From Actinomycetes bacterium (GTDB taxonomy: Bacteria > Actinomycetota > Thermoleophilia > BMS3ABIN01), in the NCBI GenBank assembly GCA_021790115.1, contig JAJYIM010000004.1, positions 1-62,139 of the forward strand: DNA of 62,139 bases, given 5' to 3'. The position numbers were made by a program, and so were the translations under genes. Every line of letters starts with the position of its first letter. The stretch's first letter is position 1. The notes under the pieces are model-generated. The model did no database searches, was not told the DNA's origin, and saw only the letters and a program-made list of their open reading frames with translations. This document shows positions 19,642-28,498 of the stretch, piece after piece.

Positions 19642-22134
19642 ATGACAAAAAGCATTAACGATAAACCGCAGACGCTGCCGCCGGTGCGGATATCGGGAAC
19701 CGGCGCCCCGGTGACCCTGACAATCAACGGCCAGGCCGTCAAGGCGCATGCGGGCGGCACCATCCTGGAAGCGGCCAAATCGGTCAAGATCAAGATCCCT
19801 TATCTTTGCTACACCAAGGGCCTGGAGCCGTTTGGCGGCTGCCGCGTCTGCGTCGTTGAAGTCGAGGGCGAAGAGCAGCCGCTGCCCGCCTGCGCCACCA
19901 TGGTCAAGGAAGGCATGGCCGTCACCACCGATAGCGAGCGCCTGCTCAGGCTGCGAAAAACCTATCTGGAGCTGCTCCTTTCTGACCATAATGCCTACTG
20001 CCTGCCGCCCTGCAAGTACGGCTGCCCCACCAATGTTGACATCCCTGCTTACCTGGGCCTGATCGGCGACCGCGATTACGATGAGTCGCAGCGGGTGCTG
20101 AAAGAAAACCTGCCCTTCCCGGCAATCGTGGGCCGGGTATGCCCGCATCCCTGCGAGAGCGCCTGCCGCCGCAGTGAGGTGGAGGAGTCGATCTCCATCC
20201 GCCTCTGCCACCGGTTCGTGGGAGACATTGCCATTCAGAAGGGACTTAAGCCGGAGCGGCCGGAGCCGCCCACCGGCAAGCAGGTGGCCGTGATCGGCGC
20301 CGGGCCGGCGGGGCTCGCCAACGCCTACTACCTGGCGCTCCGAGGCCATGCCGTCACTATCTTTGAGGCGCTTCCCGATACCGGCGGCATGCTTCGCTAC
20401 GGCATTCCCGAGTACCGCCTGCCCAAAAAAGTTTTAAACGCGGAGCTGGAGCCGCTCTGGGCAATGGGCGTTGAGCTTAAGACAGGCATGGCCCTGGGGC
20501 CGGACTTCTCTGTTGACGAGCTCCTCGGCGAGATGGGATTTGACGCCGTCTTCCTCGGCATCGGCGCCCATCAGAGCCGCTCGATGCGTGTCGAGGGCGA
20601 GGAAATGGAAGGCGTGATGCCGGTGGTGGAGTTCCTCCGTGATGTCGCCATGGGCAACCCGCCGGACATCCGCGACCGGGTGGCCGTCATTGGCGGCGGT
20701 TTCTCGGCCATGGACGCCGCCCGCGTCTCCAAGCGGCTGGGGGCCAAAGAGGTGACCGTCATCTACCGCCGCACCCAGAAAGAGATGCCCGCTGACCAAA
20801 TCGAGGTGCACGACGCCATGGAAGAGGGTGTCAAATTTACTTTCCTGGCGGCGCCGGTAAAAATCGAGGCCGCAGACGGGCGCATCACCGGTATCGTCTG
20901 CCAGAAAATGGAGCTGGGCGAGCCGGATGAAAGCGGCCGGCGGCGGCCGCAGCCGGTGCCGGGCTCCGATTACCTGACCAGGGTTGACACGATCATCCCC
21001 GCCATCGGGCAACTGCCAAAGCTTTCATATGTAGATGTCAAAACCAAAGAGGTTTGCCAGATCCTGCCGGAAGAAGGCGGGGTTGCCTGCACCCGCTGGC
21101 AGACAATCGAGATTAACCCCAAGACTTATCAGACCGGGCGGCTGCAGGTGTTCGCCGCCGGCGACGCCGCCACCGGCGCCAAAACGGTGGTGGAAGCAAT
21201 TGGCGGCGCCAAGAAGGCCGCCTGGGCGATGGACGCTTTCCTTAAGGGGGAAGACATGGCTGCCTACGAAGCCGCCCTGCCCGCCTTTGACAAACCGCCG
21301 ATGGTTGCTATCCCCGCCTACCGCGAGGAAAAGATGGAGCGCCAGCTGACGCCCCAGCTGACGGAGAAGGAGCGCGAGGGCAATTTTCTCGAAATCGACC
21401 GGGGCTTTTCCGAGCAGGCCGCCGGCGCCGAAAGCCGCCGCTGCCTGCAATGCATCTGTGAAGGCGTCGAGACCTGCAAGCTCAGGCGCTACAGCCTGGC
21501 GGCCGGGCTGATCAAGGAAGAAGGCAACCGCTTTGCCGGCGTGCAAAACCTTTACGGGCGCGACAGCACGCACGCCTTCATCCAGAGGGACCCCAACCGC
21601 TGCATCAATTGCGGCCGCTGCATCCGCGTCTGCAAGTTCCTGACCGGCTCCGGAGTTTACGATTTTGCCTACCGCGCCCGGCGGACCATCGCCACTCCGC
21701 CGTTTGACCGCTCGCTCAATGACACGGACTGTGTCTCCTGCGGCCGCTGCGCCACTATCTGCCCCACCGGAGCGCTTTTTATGAAAGAGCGGCAGCTTGA
21801 CAACTGGCATCTGGATACGTCCCGCTGCATTTTCTGCGCCGATTGCGTTGAGGTCTGCCCGGTGGAGTCGCTGGCAATTACGCCCGCATTCGAGCTGGCT
21901 GCGCCCGGGCACGGGCAACTGCACAACAACCTGCTTGAGATGGCCCGGGGAGTGGACTTAAACCCCGAGGGCGCTTTCCAGCAGGATCATGCCGCCAGGC
22001 CGGGCCAGGACCACGCCGCCAAGCAATATCAAAAAGAGGTGCATGCCGGGGAGCAGGCCGGCTCCGAGGCCGAAAGCAGCGAAACGGCCGCGCCTGCCGC
22101 CGCTCAGCCGGATAAAAACGAGGAGCCGCAGTAA
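19642..22134 (+). CDS. Fusion: NuoG/HydA-type Fe-S domains with inserted GltD/SudA-like FAD-NAD(P)H domain + C-terminal half of NuoI
   Basis: [2Fe-2S] C-x10-C-x2-C..C (CYTKGLEPFGGCRVC...AC); LLSDH then GltD-type PCKYGCP...CPHPCESAC, GAGPAG, GGGFSAMD, IYRR; CLQCICEGVETC; CINCGRCIRVC and CVSCGRCATICP; then WHLDTSRCIFCADCVEVCPVESLAITPAFELA, the second NuoI motif region. Start 19642 or 19597. Confidence 0.9.
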   Translation: MTKSINDKPQTLPPVRISGTGAPVTLTINGQAVKAHAGGTILEAAKSVKIKIPYLCYTKGLEPFGGCRVCVVEVEGEEQPLPACATMVKEGMAVTTDSERLLRLRKTYLELLLSDHNAYCLPPCKYGCPTNVDIPAYLGLIGDRDYDESQRVLKENLPFPAIVGRVCPHPCESACRRSEVEESISIRLCHRFVGDIAIQKGLKPERPEPPTGKQVAVIGAGPAGLANAYYLALRGHAVTIFEALPDTGGMLRYGIPEYRLPKKVLNAELEPLWAMGVELKTGMALGPDFSVDELLGEMGFDAVFLGIGAHQSRSMRVEGEEMEGVMPVVEFLRDVAMGNPPDIRDRVAVIGGGFSAMDAARVSKRLGAKEVTVIYRRTQKEMPADQIEVHDAMEEGVKFTFLAAPVKIEAADGRITGIVCQKMELGEPDESGRRRPQPVPGSDYLTRVDTIIPAIGQLPKLSYVDVKTKEVCQILPEEGGVACTRWQTIEINPKTYQTGRLQVFAAGDAATGAKTVVEAIGGAKKAAWAMDAFLKGEDMAAYEAALPAFDKPPMVAIPAYREEKMERQLTPQLTEKEREGNFLEIDRGFSEQAAGAESRRCLQCICEGVETCKLRRYSLAAGLIKEEGNRFAGVQNLYGRDSTHAFIQRDPNRCINCGRCIRVCKFLTGSGVYDFAYRARRTIATPPFDRSLNDTDCVSCGRCATICPTGALFMKERQLDNWHLDTSRCIFCADCVEVCPVESLAITPAFELAAPGHGQLHNNLLEMARGVDLNPEGAFQQDHAARPGQDHAAKQYQKEVHAGEQAGSEAESSETAAPAAAQPDKNEEPQ

Positions 22135-22631
22135 TGCAATTCTCGACGCCGGTTTTCTATATTGTGGCGGCGCTTGTGATTATTCCGGCGGTGCTGATGG
22201 TTATGTTCCGCAACCTCATTTACAGCGCCATCGCCATGATCGCCTGCTTCATCGGAGTGGCGGCGGTGTTTGTCACCTTAAACGCGGAGCTGCTGGCTGC
22301 GTCGCAGCTGCTCATTTACGTGGGCGCGATATCGATCCTGATCCTGTTTGCCATCATGCTAACCCGTAGCCGCAGCGGCGCCGTCAACCTGTTTTTCCAC
22401 CGGCAGGCCTGGATGGCGCTGCCGGCCGCCGCGGCGCTTGCCGTTGTCCTGGGCGCAGTGCTGGGCACGGCCCGGTTCAGCGCCGGCGATACTCCTAAAA
22501 ACCCGGCCACGGGGAACCTGGCCAGCCTGCTCTTTAACCAGTATGCCTTCCCGTTCGAGCTGGCGTCGCTGGTGCTGCTGGCGGCAATTATCGGCACCGT
22601 CCTGCTGGCCAAAAAAGAGAGTCGCCCTTGA
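22134..22631 (+). CDS. nuoJ: NADH-quinone oxidoreductase subunit J
   Basis: [51 protein letters not shown]. Confidence 0.96.
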   Translation: MQFSTPVFYIVAALVIIPAVLMVMFRNLIYSAIAMIACFIGVAAVFVTLNAELLAASQLLIYVGAISILILFAIMLTRSRSGAVNLFFHRQAWMALPAAAALAVVLGAVLGTARFSAGDTPKNPATGNLASLLFNQYAFPFELASLVLLAAIIGTVLLAKKESRP

Positions 22632-22936
22632 CGTCGCTGCAACATTACCTGGTCCTGGCAGGCGCGCTTTTTTCGGTGGGCGCCTGGGGGGTGCTGGCGC
22701 GCCGCAACATCATCATGGTGGTGATGAGCCTGGAGCTGATGTTTAACGCCGTCAATATCGCCCTGGTGGCATTCTCCAATTACTCATCCGCCGGGGCGGG
22801 CCGGGGAGAGGTGTTCGTCTTTTTTGTGCTGGCCATTGCTGCCGCCGAGGTTGCGGTTGGCCTGGCAATCGGCATCGCCATGTACCGCCTGCGCGAAAAG
22901 CTTGACGTTGATGAATTAGATGAATTGAAAGGATGA
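22628..22936 (+). CDS. nuoK: NADH-quinone oxidoreductase subunit K
   Basis: RRNII...[21 protein letters not shown]. Confidence 0.97.
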   Translation: MTSLQHYLVLAGALFSVGAWGVLARRNIIMVVMSLELMFNAVNIALVAFSNYSSAGAGRGEVFVFFVLAIAAAEVAVGLAIGIAMYRLREKLDVDELDELKG

Positions 22937-23006
22937 TCGATGCGGGGTGCGCAAAACCAAAGCGGCGGCCCAGTGGGCCGCCTGCGGAACAAGGTGAATA
23001 ACTGAA

Positions 23007-24896
23007 TTGAAGACAGCCGTCCTGCTCATACCGTTGCTGCCTTTGGCTTCGTTTATCATCACGGGGTTATTCGGCCGCCGTTATTTTAAGGAGAAAAGTC
23101 ACTACCTGTCAGTGGCGTCAGTGGCCTTAAGCTGGGTTCTGTCCATGTACGTCTTCATCCAGGTAGAGCGCGGCCAGACTTTATCCTGGCAGATTTATAA
23201 CTGGATTGCCGCCGGCAGGTTTAATGTCGATATCGGCTTTCTTGTCGATGAGCTGACCGCCATCATGCTCCTGGTTGTGTCAACGGTCGGCTTCATGGTT
23301 CATGTTTACTCGATCGGCTACATGCACGGCGACAAGGGCTACTACCGCTTCTTCGCCTATATCAACCTGTTCATGTTCTCGATGTTCATGCTGGTCCTGG
23401 CGAACAACTACCTGCTTCTCTACGTTTTCTGGGAAGCGGTGGGGCTGTGCTCATACCTGCTGATCGCCTTCTGGTTCCCCAAGCTAAGCGCCTCCAACGC
23501 CGGCATGAAAGCCTTCCTGGTCAACCGCGTCGGCGACTTCGGCTTCGGCTTGGGAATCATGCTCGTTTTCGTGACGCTGGGAACGCTTAGCTACAGCAGC
23601 GTTTTTGCTGCCGCCGGCACGCTGGGCGGCGGCATGGTCACCGCCATCTGCCTGCTGCTTTTTACCGGCGCAGTCGGCAAGAGCGCCCAGTTCCCACTGC
23701 ATGTCTGGCTGCCGGACGCCATGGAGGGCCCAACGCCGGTCAGCTCGCTGATCCACGCCGCTACGATGGTCAACGCCGGCGTCTACATGGTGGCCCGCTC
23801 CAGCCCACTGTTTGCCCACTCGCACACCGCCATGCTGGTGGTGGCCGCGGTGGGAACATTTACCGCCATTTTTGCCGCCACCATTGCCCTTGTCCAGAAC
23901 GACATCAAGAAGGTGCTGGCTTACTCCACGATCAGCCAGCTCGGCTACATGTTTATGGCGCTTGGCGTCGGCGCCTGGACCGCGGCCATGTTCCACCTGC
24001 TGGCGCACGGCTTTTTCAAGGGCCTGCTCTTCCTCTGCTCCGGCTCGGTAATTCATGCCCTTGACGGCGAGCAGGACATGCGCAAGATGGGCGGCCTCAA
24101 AAACAAGGTCAAGATTACTTACTGGACATTTTTTATCGGCGCCCTGGCGCTGTCCGGCTTTCCCGGCCTATCCGGCTTCTTCAGCAAGGACGCTATTCTC
24201 TCGGGAGCATTCAGCGGGGGCTACTGGTACTTCTGGATCGTAGCCCTGATCACCGTCTTCCTGACGGCTTTCTATTCGTTCCGGCTGATATTCATGACCT
24301 TCCACAACGAGCCGCGCACGGACCCTAAAATCTTTGCCCACGCGCACGAGTCGCCGCCGATAATGACGGTGCCGCTGATCGTTCTGTCGGTGCCAACGGT
24401 GGTGGCCGGCCTGGTGCTTGGCCTTCCACCGGAGGGCGGCCACATCGACCATTTTCTGCATCGCGTCTTTGCCGCCGCCATTACCGCGCCGGAGCATGCG
24501 TTCAGCTATCTGACGCTTGCCCTGATGATTATCTCTGCGGCCGTGGGCATCGCCGGCATACTCACCGCCTGGCACTTTTACCTGCGCTGCCCGTTTTTGC
24601 CGGCGGCAGCCTGCAAGCGCGCCGGCCGGCTTTATACGCTGCTGCTGAACAAGTACTACATTGATGAGATCTATTTCGCTGTTATCATCAACCCGGTGCG
24701 GCGCTTCTCTGCCTGGCTCTGGCGCATAGTTGACGCCGGCATCATCGACGGCGCCGTCAATGGGACGGGCTGGATTGCTCTTGGCGCCGGCCGCATCCTC
24801 AGGCCAATCCAGTCTGGCAAAGTGCAGGGGTATTTGTTTGCGATGTTTTTGGGACTTTTGGCTCTAATGGTAGCGTATCTGATATTGACTTTATGA
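23007..24896 (+). CDS. nuoL: NADH-quinone oxidoreductase subunit L
   Basis: WEAVGLCSYLLI, KAFLVNRVGDFG, GKSAQFPLHVWLPDAMEGPTPVS, IKKVLAYSTISQLG. Confidence 0.97.
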   Translation: MKTAVLLIPLLPLASFIITGLFGRRYFKEKSHYLSVASVALSWVLSMYVFIQVERGQTLSWQIYNWIAAGRFNVDIGFLVDELTAIMLLVVSTVGFMVHVYSIGYMHGDKGYYRFFAYINLFMFSMFMLVLANNYLLLYVFWEAVGLCSYLLIAFWFPKLSASNAGMKAFLVNRVGDFGFGLGIMLVFVTLGTLSYSSVFAAAGTLGGGMVTAICLLLFTGAVGKSAQFPLHVWLPDAMEGPTPVSSLIHAATMVNAGVYMVARSSPLFAHSHTAMLVVAAVGTFTAIFAATIALVQNDIKKVLAYSTISQLGYMFMALGVGAWTAAMFHLLAHGFFKGLLFLCSGSVIHALDGEQDMRKMGGLKNKVKITYWTFFIGALALSGFPGLSGFFSKDAILSGAFSGGYWYFWIVALITVFLTAFYSFRLIFMTFHNEPRTDPKIFAHAHESPPIMTVPLIVLSVPTVVAGLVLGLPPEGGHIDHFLHRVFAAAITAPEHAFSYLTLALMIISAAVGIAGILTAWHFYLRCPFLPAAACKRAGRLYTLLLNKYYIDEIYFAVIINPVRRFSAWLWRIVDAGIIDGAVNGTGWIALGAGRILRPIQSGKVQGYLFAMFLGLLALMVAYLILTL

Positions 24897-26464
24897 CCAT
24901 GTATTCCTTCCAATCCCAAATAGGCTTCCCAATATTAAGCGTCATGACGTTCCTGCCCACGCTGGGCGCGGTGGCCATGCTGCTGTTGATGCGCGGCCGG
25001 CCGCGGCTTTACAAGTTCACCGCCTTGGCGGCCACCGGCGCCACGTTCATTCTGTCGCTGCTGATGCTGGCGAAGTTCGACCAGTACACCGCCGATTTCC
25101 AGTTCATCGAAAAAGTCAACTGGATTCATCGCCTTGGCGCCAGCTACCACATGGGTGTGGACGGCATTAGCGTGCTGCTTATCCTGTTGACGACGCTGCT
25201 GTCTTTGATCATCATCCCGGCTTCCTGGAACTATATCAAGGACCGCGAGCTTGGCTTCTTTGCCTCCTTCCTGTTTTTGGAGACCGGCATGTTGGGCACC
25301 TTCTGCGCCCGCGACCTGCTCCTCTTCTATGTCTTCTGGGAAATCATGCTGATTCCGATGTACTTCATCATCGGCGTCTGGGGCGGCCCGCGGCGCATCT
25401 ATGCGGCGCTCAAGTTTTTCCTGTTTACGATGGCCGGCAGCGTCCTGATGCTGGTCGCCATTGTCGGCATTGCTTATCTGGCGCGGCCGAACCAGTACGC
25501 GCCGCCCGTTTTCGACCTGGACCAGCTGCAAAACGCCGTATTTTCCTTCCCTGTGCAAATGGCCGCCTTCCTGGCTTTCTTTATCGCCTTTGCCATCAAG
25601 GTGCCGATGTGGCCGCTGCACACCTGGCTTCCGGATGCACACGTGGAGGCGCCGACGGCGGGCAGCGTCATCCTGGCCGGCGTGCTGCTGAAAATGGGCG
25701 GCTACGGCATCATCCGTTTCTGCATCCCGCTCTTTCCCGACGCCGTCGCGGCCTCGATACCATATATCCTTATCTTGTCAATAATCGCCATTATTTACGG
25801 CGCCCTGGTCTCGCTGGTGCAGAAAGATTTAAAAAAGCTGGTCGCCTACTCCAGCGTCAGCCACATGGGTTTTGTCACGGGGGGAATCTTTGCCTTTAGC
25901 GTCATTGGCCTTGAGGGCGCGCTGCTGGTGATGTTCAGTCACGGCCTGCTGACCGGCGCCCTGTTCCTGATGGTCGGCTTCATGTATGAGCGCCTGCACA
26001 CGCGGGAGATTTCCGCCATGGGTGGGTTGGCCTCGCCTTTCCCGGTGATGGCTGCGTTCTTGCTTTTCTTCACGCTGGGCTCGCTGGGCCTGCCGGGGCT
26101 ATCCGGCTTCATCGGCGAATTCCTCAGCCTCTTGGGCCTGTTCACATACAACAAGGCGATGGCGGTAGTCGCCGCCGCCGGCATTATTCTGGCGGCCGCC
26201 TACCTGCTGTGGATGTACCTGCGGGTAATGTTTACCGAAACGCGGGACCAGAAATGGTTCCGGCTTTCGGACTTGAGCCTGCGCGAGATCGCCTCGCTGG
26301 CGCCGCTGGCCGGCCTGGCTGTGTGGGTGGGCGTGTACCCCAACACCTTCATCAACATCATCCATCCGTCCGCGAGCCATTTAATTGATCACATGAGTCC
26401 TTATCTTGCCCAGCATGGCGACTTCCTGACGCGCATTTTCGCCTCGCTTGGAGGTGGACGCTAG
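24893..26464 (+). CDS. nuoM: NADH-quinone oxidoreductase subunit M
   Basis: GVDGIS, FWEIMLIPMY, IKVPMWPLHTWLPDAHVEAPTAGS, KKLVAYSSVSHMG. Confidence 0.97.
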   Translation: MTMYSFQSQIGFPILSVMTFLPTLGAVAMLLLMRGRPRLYKFTALAATGATFILSLLMLAKFDQYTADFQFIEKVNWIHRLGASYHMGVDGISVLLILLTTLLSLIIIPASWNYIKDRELGFFASFLFLETGMLGTFCARDLLLFYVFWEIMLIPMYFIIGVWGGPRRIYAALKFFLFTMAGSVLMLVAIVGIAYLARPNQYAPPVFDLDQLQNAVFSFPVQMAAFLAFFIAFAIKVPMWPLHTWLPDAHVEAPTAGSVILAGVLLKMGGYGIIRFCIPLFPDAVAASIPYILILSIIAIIYGALVSLVQKDLKKLVAYSSVSHMGFVTGGIFAFSVIGLEGALLVMFSHGLLTGALFLMVGFMYERLHTREISAMGGLASPFPVMAAFLLFFTLGSLGLPGLSGFIGEFLSLLGLFTYNKAMAVVAAAGIILAAAYLLWMYLRVMFTETRDQKWFRLSDLSLREIASLAPLAGLAVWVGVYPNTFINIIHPSASHLIDHMSPYLAQHGDFLTRIFASLGGGR

Positions 26465-27934
26465 TTGCAGCATGACGTCGTCGCTATAGTCCCGGAACTC
26501 ATGCTGATTGCCGCGGCGCTGGTATTGCTGCTGATAGACCCGTTCTTGCCGCCGGAAGGGCGGCGCGGCTTAAGCTGGCTGGGAATCATGGCCTGCCTGC
26601 CGGCGGCGGCGTCGGTATGGCTGGCGCGCTCGGAGCAGTTCTCCACTTTCTCGCACGGCATCGCCCTGGACAGGTTCGCCGTTTTCTTCAAGCTCCTGCT
26701 GCTGGCTGTGGCGGTGCTGGCGATGCTGCTTTCCGAAAAACACCTGGCCAAGAACGGGCGGCTGCTGGGCGACTACTACGCCCTGATTCTGCTGGCCACC
26801 GTCGGCATGATGGTGATGGCATCGGCGATAGACCTTGCCACCTTCTTTGTCGGCCTGGAGCTGATGGCGCTGTGCAGCTACCTGCTGGCCGGATTCTTCC
26901 GCTACCGCGAGCGCTCCATTGAAGCATCGCTGAAATATTTCCTCACCGGATCGTTTGCTTCCGCCATCCTGCTCTTTGGCATGGCGCTGCTTTATGGCAT
27001 CACCGGCAGCACCAATTACCAGGAAATCGGGGTGGCGATCAGCACCACGTCGTTGGACAGCCACGTGCTCGTGATCGCAATTGTCCTGCTTTTAGGAGGG
27101 TTTGCTTTCAAGGTGGCGGCGGCGCCGTTCCACGGCTGGGCGCCGGACGTTTACCAGGGAGCGCCGACCCCGGCGGCTGCATTCCTGTCTGTCGGCCCCA
27201 AAATCGCTGCCTTTGCCGCCATCATCAAGTTTTTTACGATCATGCTGGGCTCCGAGCAGGCTCGCTGGGTGCCGCTGATGATCGCGGTGGCCATTGCCAC
27301 CATGCTGATTGGGGCCACGATGGCGCTTCTGCAGCGCGACCTCAAGCGGATGCTGGCCTTCTCCAGCATCGCTCACGTTGGCTACCTGCTGCTGGCGCTG
27401 ATCGCCGCCGGCCAGAGCCACAGCAACCTGGGATCATCCGCCGTCCTCTTCTACCTGGCAGCCTACGCCGCGATGAACATGGGCGCCTTTGGCGTGCTGG
27501 TCTTCCTGGCAAATTCAGCCAGTTTTGGCGACAGCCTGGACGAGATGGCCGGCCTGGCGCGCCGTTTCCCCGGCGCTGCGGGCGTAATGGCCGTGCTGAT
27601 GTTCTCTCTGGCCGGGATCCCGCCTACCGCCGGTTTTCTGGCAAAATTCTACCTGTTTGCCAGCGTCGTTGACGCCGGCTACGCCTGGCTGGCCGTAATC
27701 GGGGTGCTGTTTAGCGTGGTCTCGGCGTTTTACTATCTGCGCGTGATCGTCTACATGTATATGCGCGAGCCATCGGCCGAGGCAGCGGCGGCGATGGAGC
27801 CGGCGGGCGGACGCTCGTGGGACTTAAGTCTGGGCCTGGGGTTGGCAACGGCGGCAGTGGTCATCCTGGGTGTGCTCCCAGGGCCGATTCTTAACGCGGC
27901 CCAGGACGCGGTGGCGAAGATACTGGGTTCGTAG
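26465..27934 (+). CDS. nuoN: NADH-quinone oxidoreductase subunit N
   Basis: GLELMAL, EASLKYF, FKVAAAPFHGWAPDVYQGAPTP, KRMLAFSSIAH, GIPPTAGF; TTG start directly after the nuoM stop. Confidence 0.96.
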   Translation: MQHDVVAIVPELMLIAAALVLLLIDPFLPPEGRRGLSWLGIMACLPAAASVWLARSEQFSTFSHGIALDRFAVFFKLLLLAVAVLAMLLSEKHLAKNGRLLGDYYALILLATVGMMVMASAIDLATFFVGLELMALCSYLLAGFFRYRERSIEASLKYFLTGSFASAILLFGMALLYGITGSTNYQEIGVAISTTSLDSHVLVIAIVLLLGGFAFKVAAAPFHGWAPDVYQGAPTPAAAFLSVGPKIAAFAAIIKFFTIMLGSEQARWVPLMIAVAIATMLIGATMALLQRDLKRMLAFSSIAHVGYLLLALIAAGQSHSNLGSSAVLFYLAAYAAMNMGAFGVLVFLANSASFGDSLDEMAGLARRFPGAAGVMAVLMFSLAGIPPTAGFLAKFYLFASVVDAGYAWLAVIGVLFSVVSAFYYLRVIVYMYMREPSAEAAAAMEPAGGRSWDLSLGLGLATAAVVILGVLPGPILNAAQDAVAKILGS

Positions 27935-28085
27935 ATCTGACAAAACAAACCAAGATCATCGGGTAAATCTTGTTAAATTTGCAATCATATATGTCGCAGT
28001 GATAAACTTATGCCGCTTTCGGCGGGTTTGAAATTCCACAAATCGCTGCAGTATACAGGTGTCCCAACCTCCCCGAAAGGGAACG

Positions 28086-28286
28086 ATGGACCTTCACGTA
28101 TGCAAAAGTTGCGGCACGATTGCAAATGTAGAAGCCACGGGCCGCTGCCGGACCTCTGTCACCGGAAAACACCTCTGGCTGTCCGGCGCCCCGGCGGAAG
28201 ATTACATGCGGCGATTATGGCAGCTTCGCGCCCATGCAGTCAGCGCGGCAAACCTCCCGCATAGCCTGGTTATTCCGCGTTCTTGA
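28086..28286 (+). CDS. Small hypothetical protein with CxxC/C...H motif (possible Zn ribbon)
   Basis: MDLHVCKSCG...C...H; RBS-like aaaggga before ATG 28086. Confidence 0.5.
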   Translation: MDLHVCKSCGTIANVEATGRCRTSVTGKHLWLSGAPAEDYMRRLWQLRAHAVSAANLPHSLVIPRS

Positions 28287-28364
28287 GCCGCCTTGGAAAA
28301 GGTGTGCACATAGTGCGGACAAGAATGATTCCTGCATTTTTGCCTTTTTAAATCCTCCTTTCTA

Positions 28365-28412
28365 AGAATCTATCTCAAATGCTGTTCGCAGCGAGGCCGA
28401 GCGAAAGGGCTC
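28365..28412. mobile_element. Truncated copy of the AGAATCTATCTCAAA MITE family
   Basis: agaatctatctcaaatgctgttcgcagcgaggccgagcgaaagg matches the left end of the copies at 37803 and 52887; right end missing. Confidence 0.65.
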
Positions 28413-28498
28413 TAATTATTTCACCCGGAGCTTGTTCCGTCCGGCCGGTGTGATAGGCTCATGCCTGCACTTCAACAACGATGGTTTGGGAGGCAGAC

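Noticed and set aside
19597-22134. [FeFe]-hydrogenase or formate dehydrogenase large subunit
   Set aside because: Only the NuoG/HydA-type N-terminal Fe-S domains are present; no H-cluster motifs or molybdopterin-binding domain seen.
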